Assembly (NCBI GenBank): GCA_002269645.1
Contig: NIVC01001491.1
Coordinates: forward strand, 1 to 64,000
Direction of reading: 5' to 3'
DNA length: 64,000 bases
Origin: Macrostomum lignano
Taxonomy: Eukaryota
The notes below the pieces were generated by a model. That model saw only the letters and a list, made by a program, of their open reading frames with translations. It did not search any database and was not told where the DNA came from. Made by a program: the position numbers and the translations under genes. This document shows, piece after piece, positions 63,807-64,000 of the stretch (positions are counted from its first letter, which is position 1; each line of letters opens with the position of its first letter).

Positions 63807-64000
63807 GTAAGACGTTTTAAAGCTCTTTATGTGAGGCTGTTTGACCTTCTAATGTATCCTAGTGCACTGGGACCTTGAAATGTCACCTGATTGAAATTGC
63901 AACCTTCAGGTGTTAACAGATTTAAAAAGGACCTTCAAATACTTTAAATTATCGCCTCTTGGAGACAATGGTCCTTCAAATATCACCTGGTAGAGAATAT

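Overview
This is eukaryotic (metazoan) genomic DNA, not prokaryotic. It has GT-AG introns, GC-rich exons, very long micro/minisatellites and many transposon relics. The minisatellite-filled introns are reminiscent of the flatworm Macrostomum, but that is inference only. Host genes: (1) a ~995-aa protein of tandem LRAT-like domains with a membrane-anchored C-terminus, split by three 1-nt frameshifts that look like long-read indels (53-3037, -); (2) a 4-exon C9orf72 orthologue (10852-15142, -); (3) a secreted PAN/apple + F-type-lectin gene (31356-32009); (4) two paralogous PAN/apple + C-type-lectin genes (38599-39354 and 48176-48931) inside a tandem segmental duplication; (5) a spliced RlaP/PF10127-type pol-beta nucleotidyltransferase gene with a tandem-domain layout (60224-63806, runs off the window). 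Mobile DNA: an RNase-H-bearing LINE with a 13-bp TSD and no RT core; a Penelope-like element with a 5' inversion and a candidate hammerhead ribozyme; a foldback/MULE-like element (9-bp TSD, modular TIRs) carrying an intact-looking spliced Ulp1/SUMO-protease gene; a Gypsy element with an in-frame RT deletion and a nested 2-kb solo LTR; a second 2-kb LTR with a tRNA-Leu PBS; a Gypsy gag fragment; and dead mariners. No rRNA, tRNA or CRISPR array was seen. All calls come from motif reading by eye; no searches were run.
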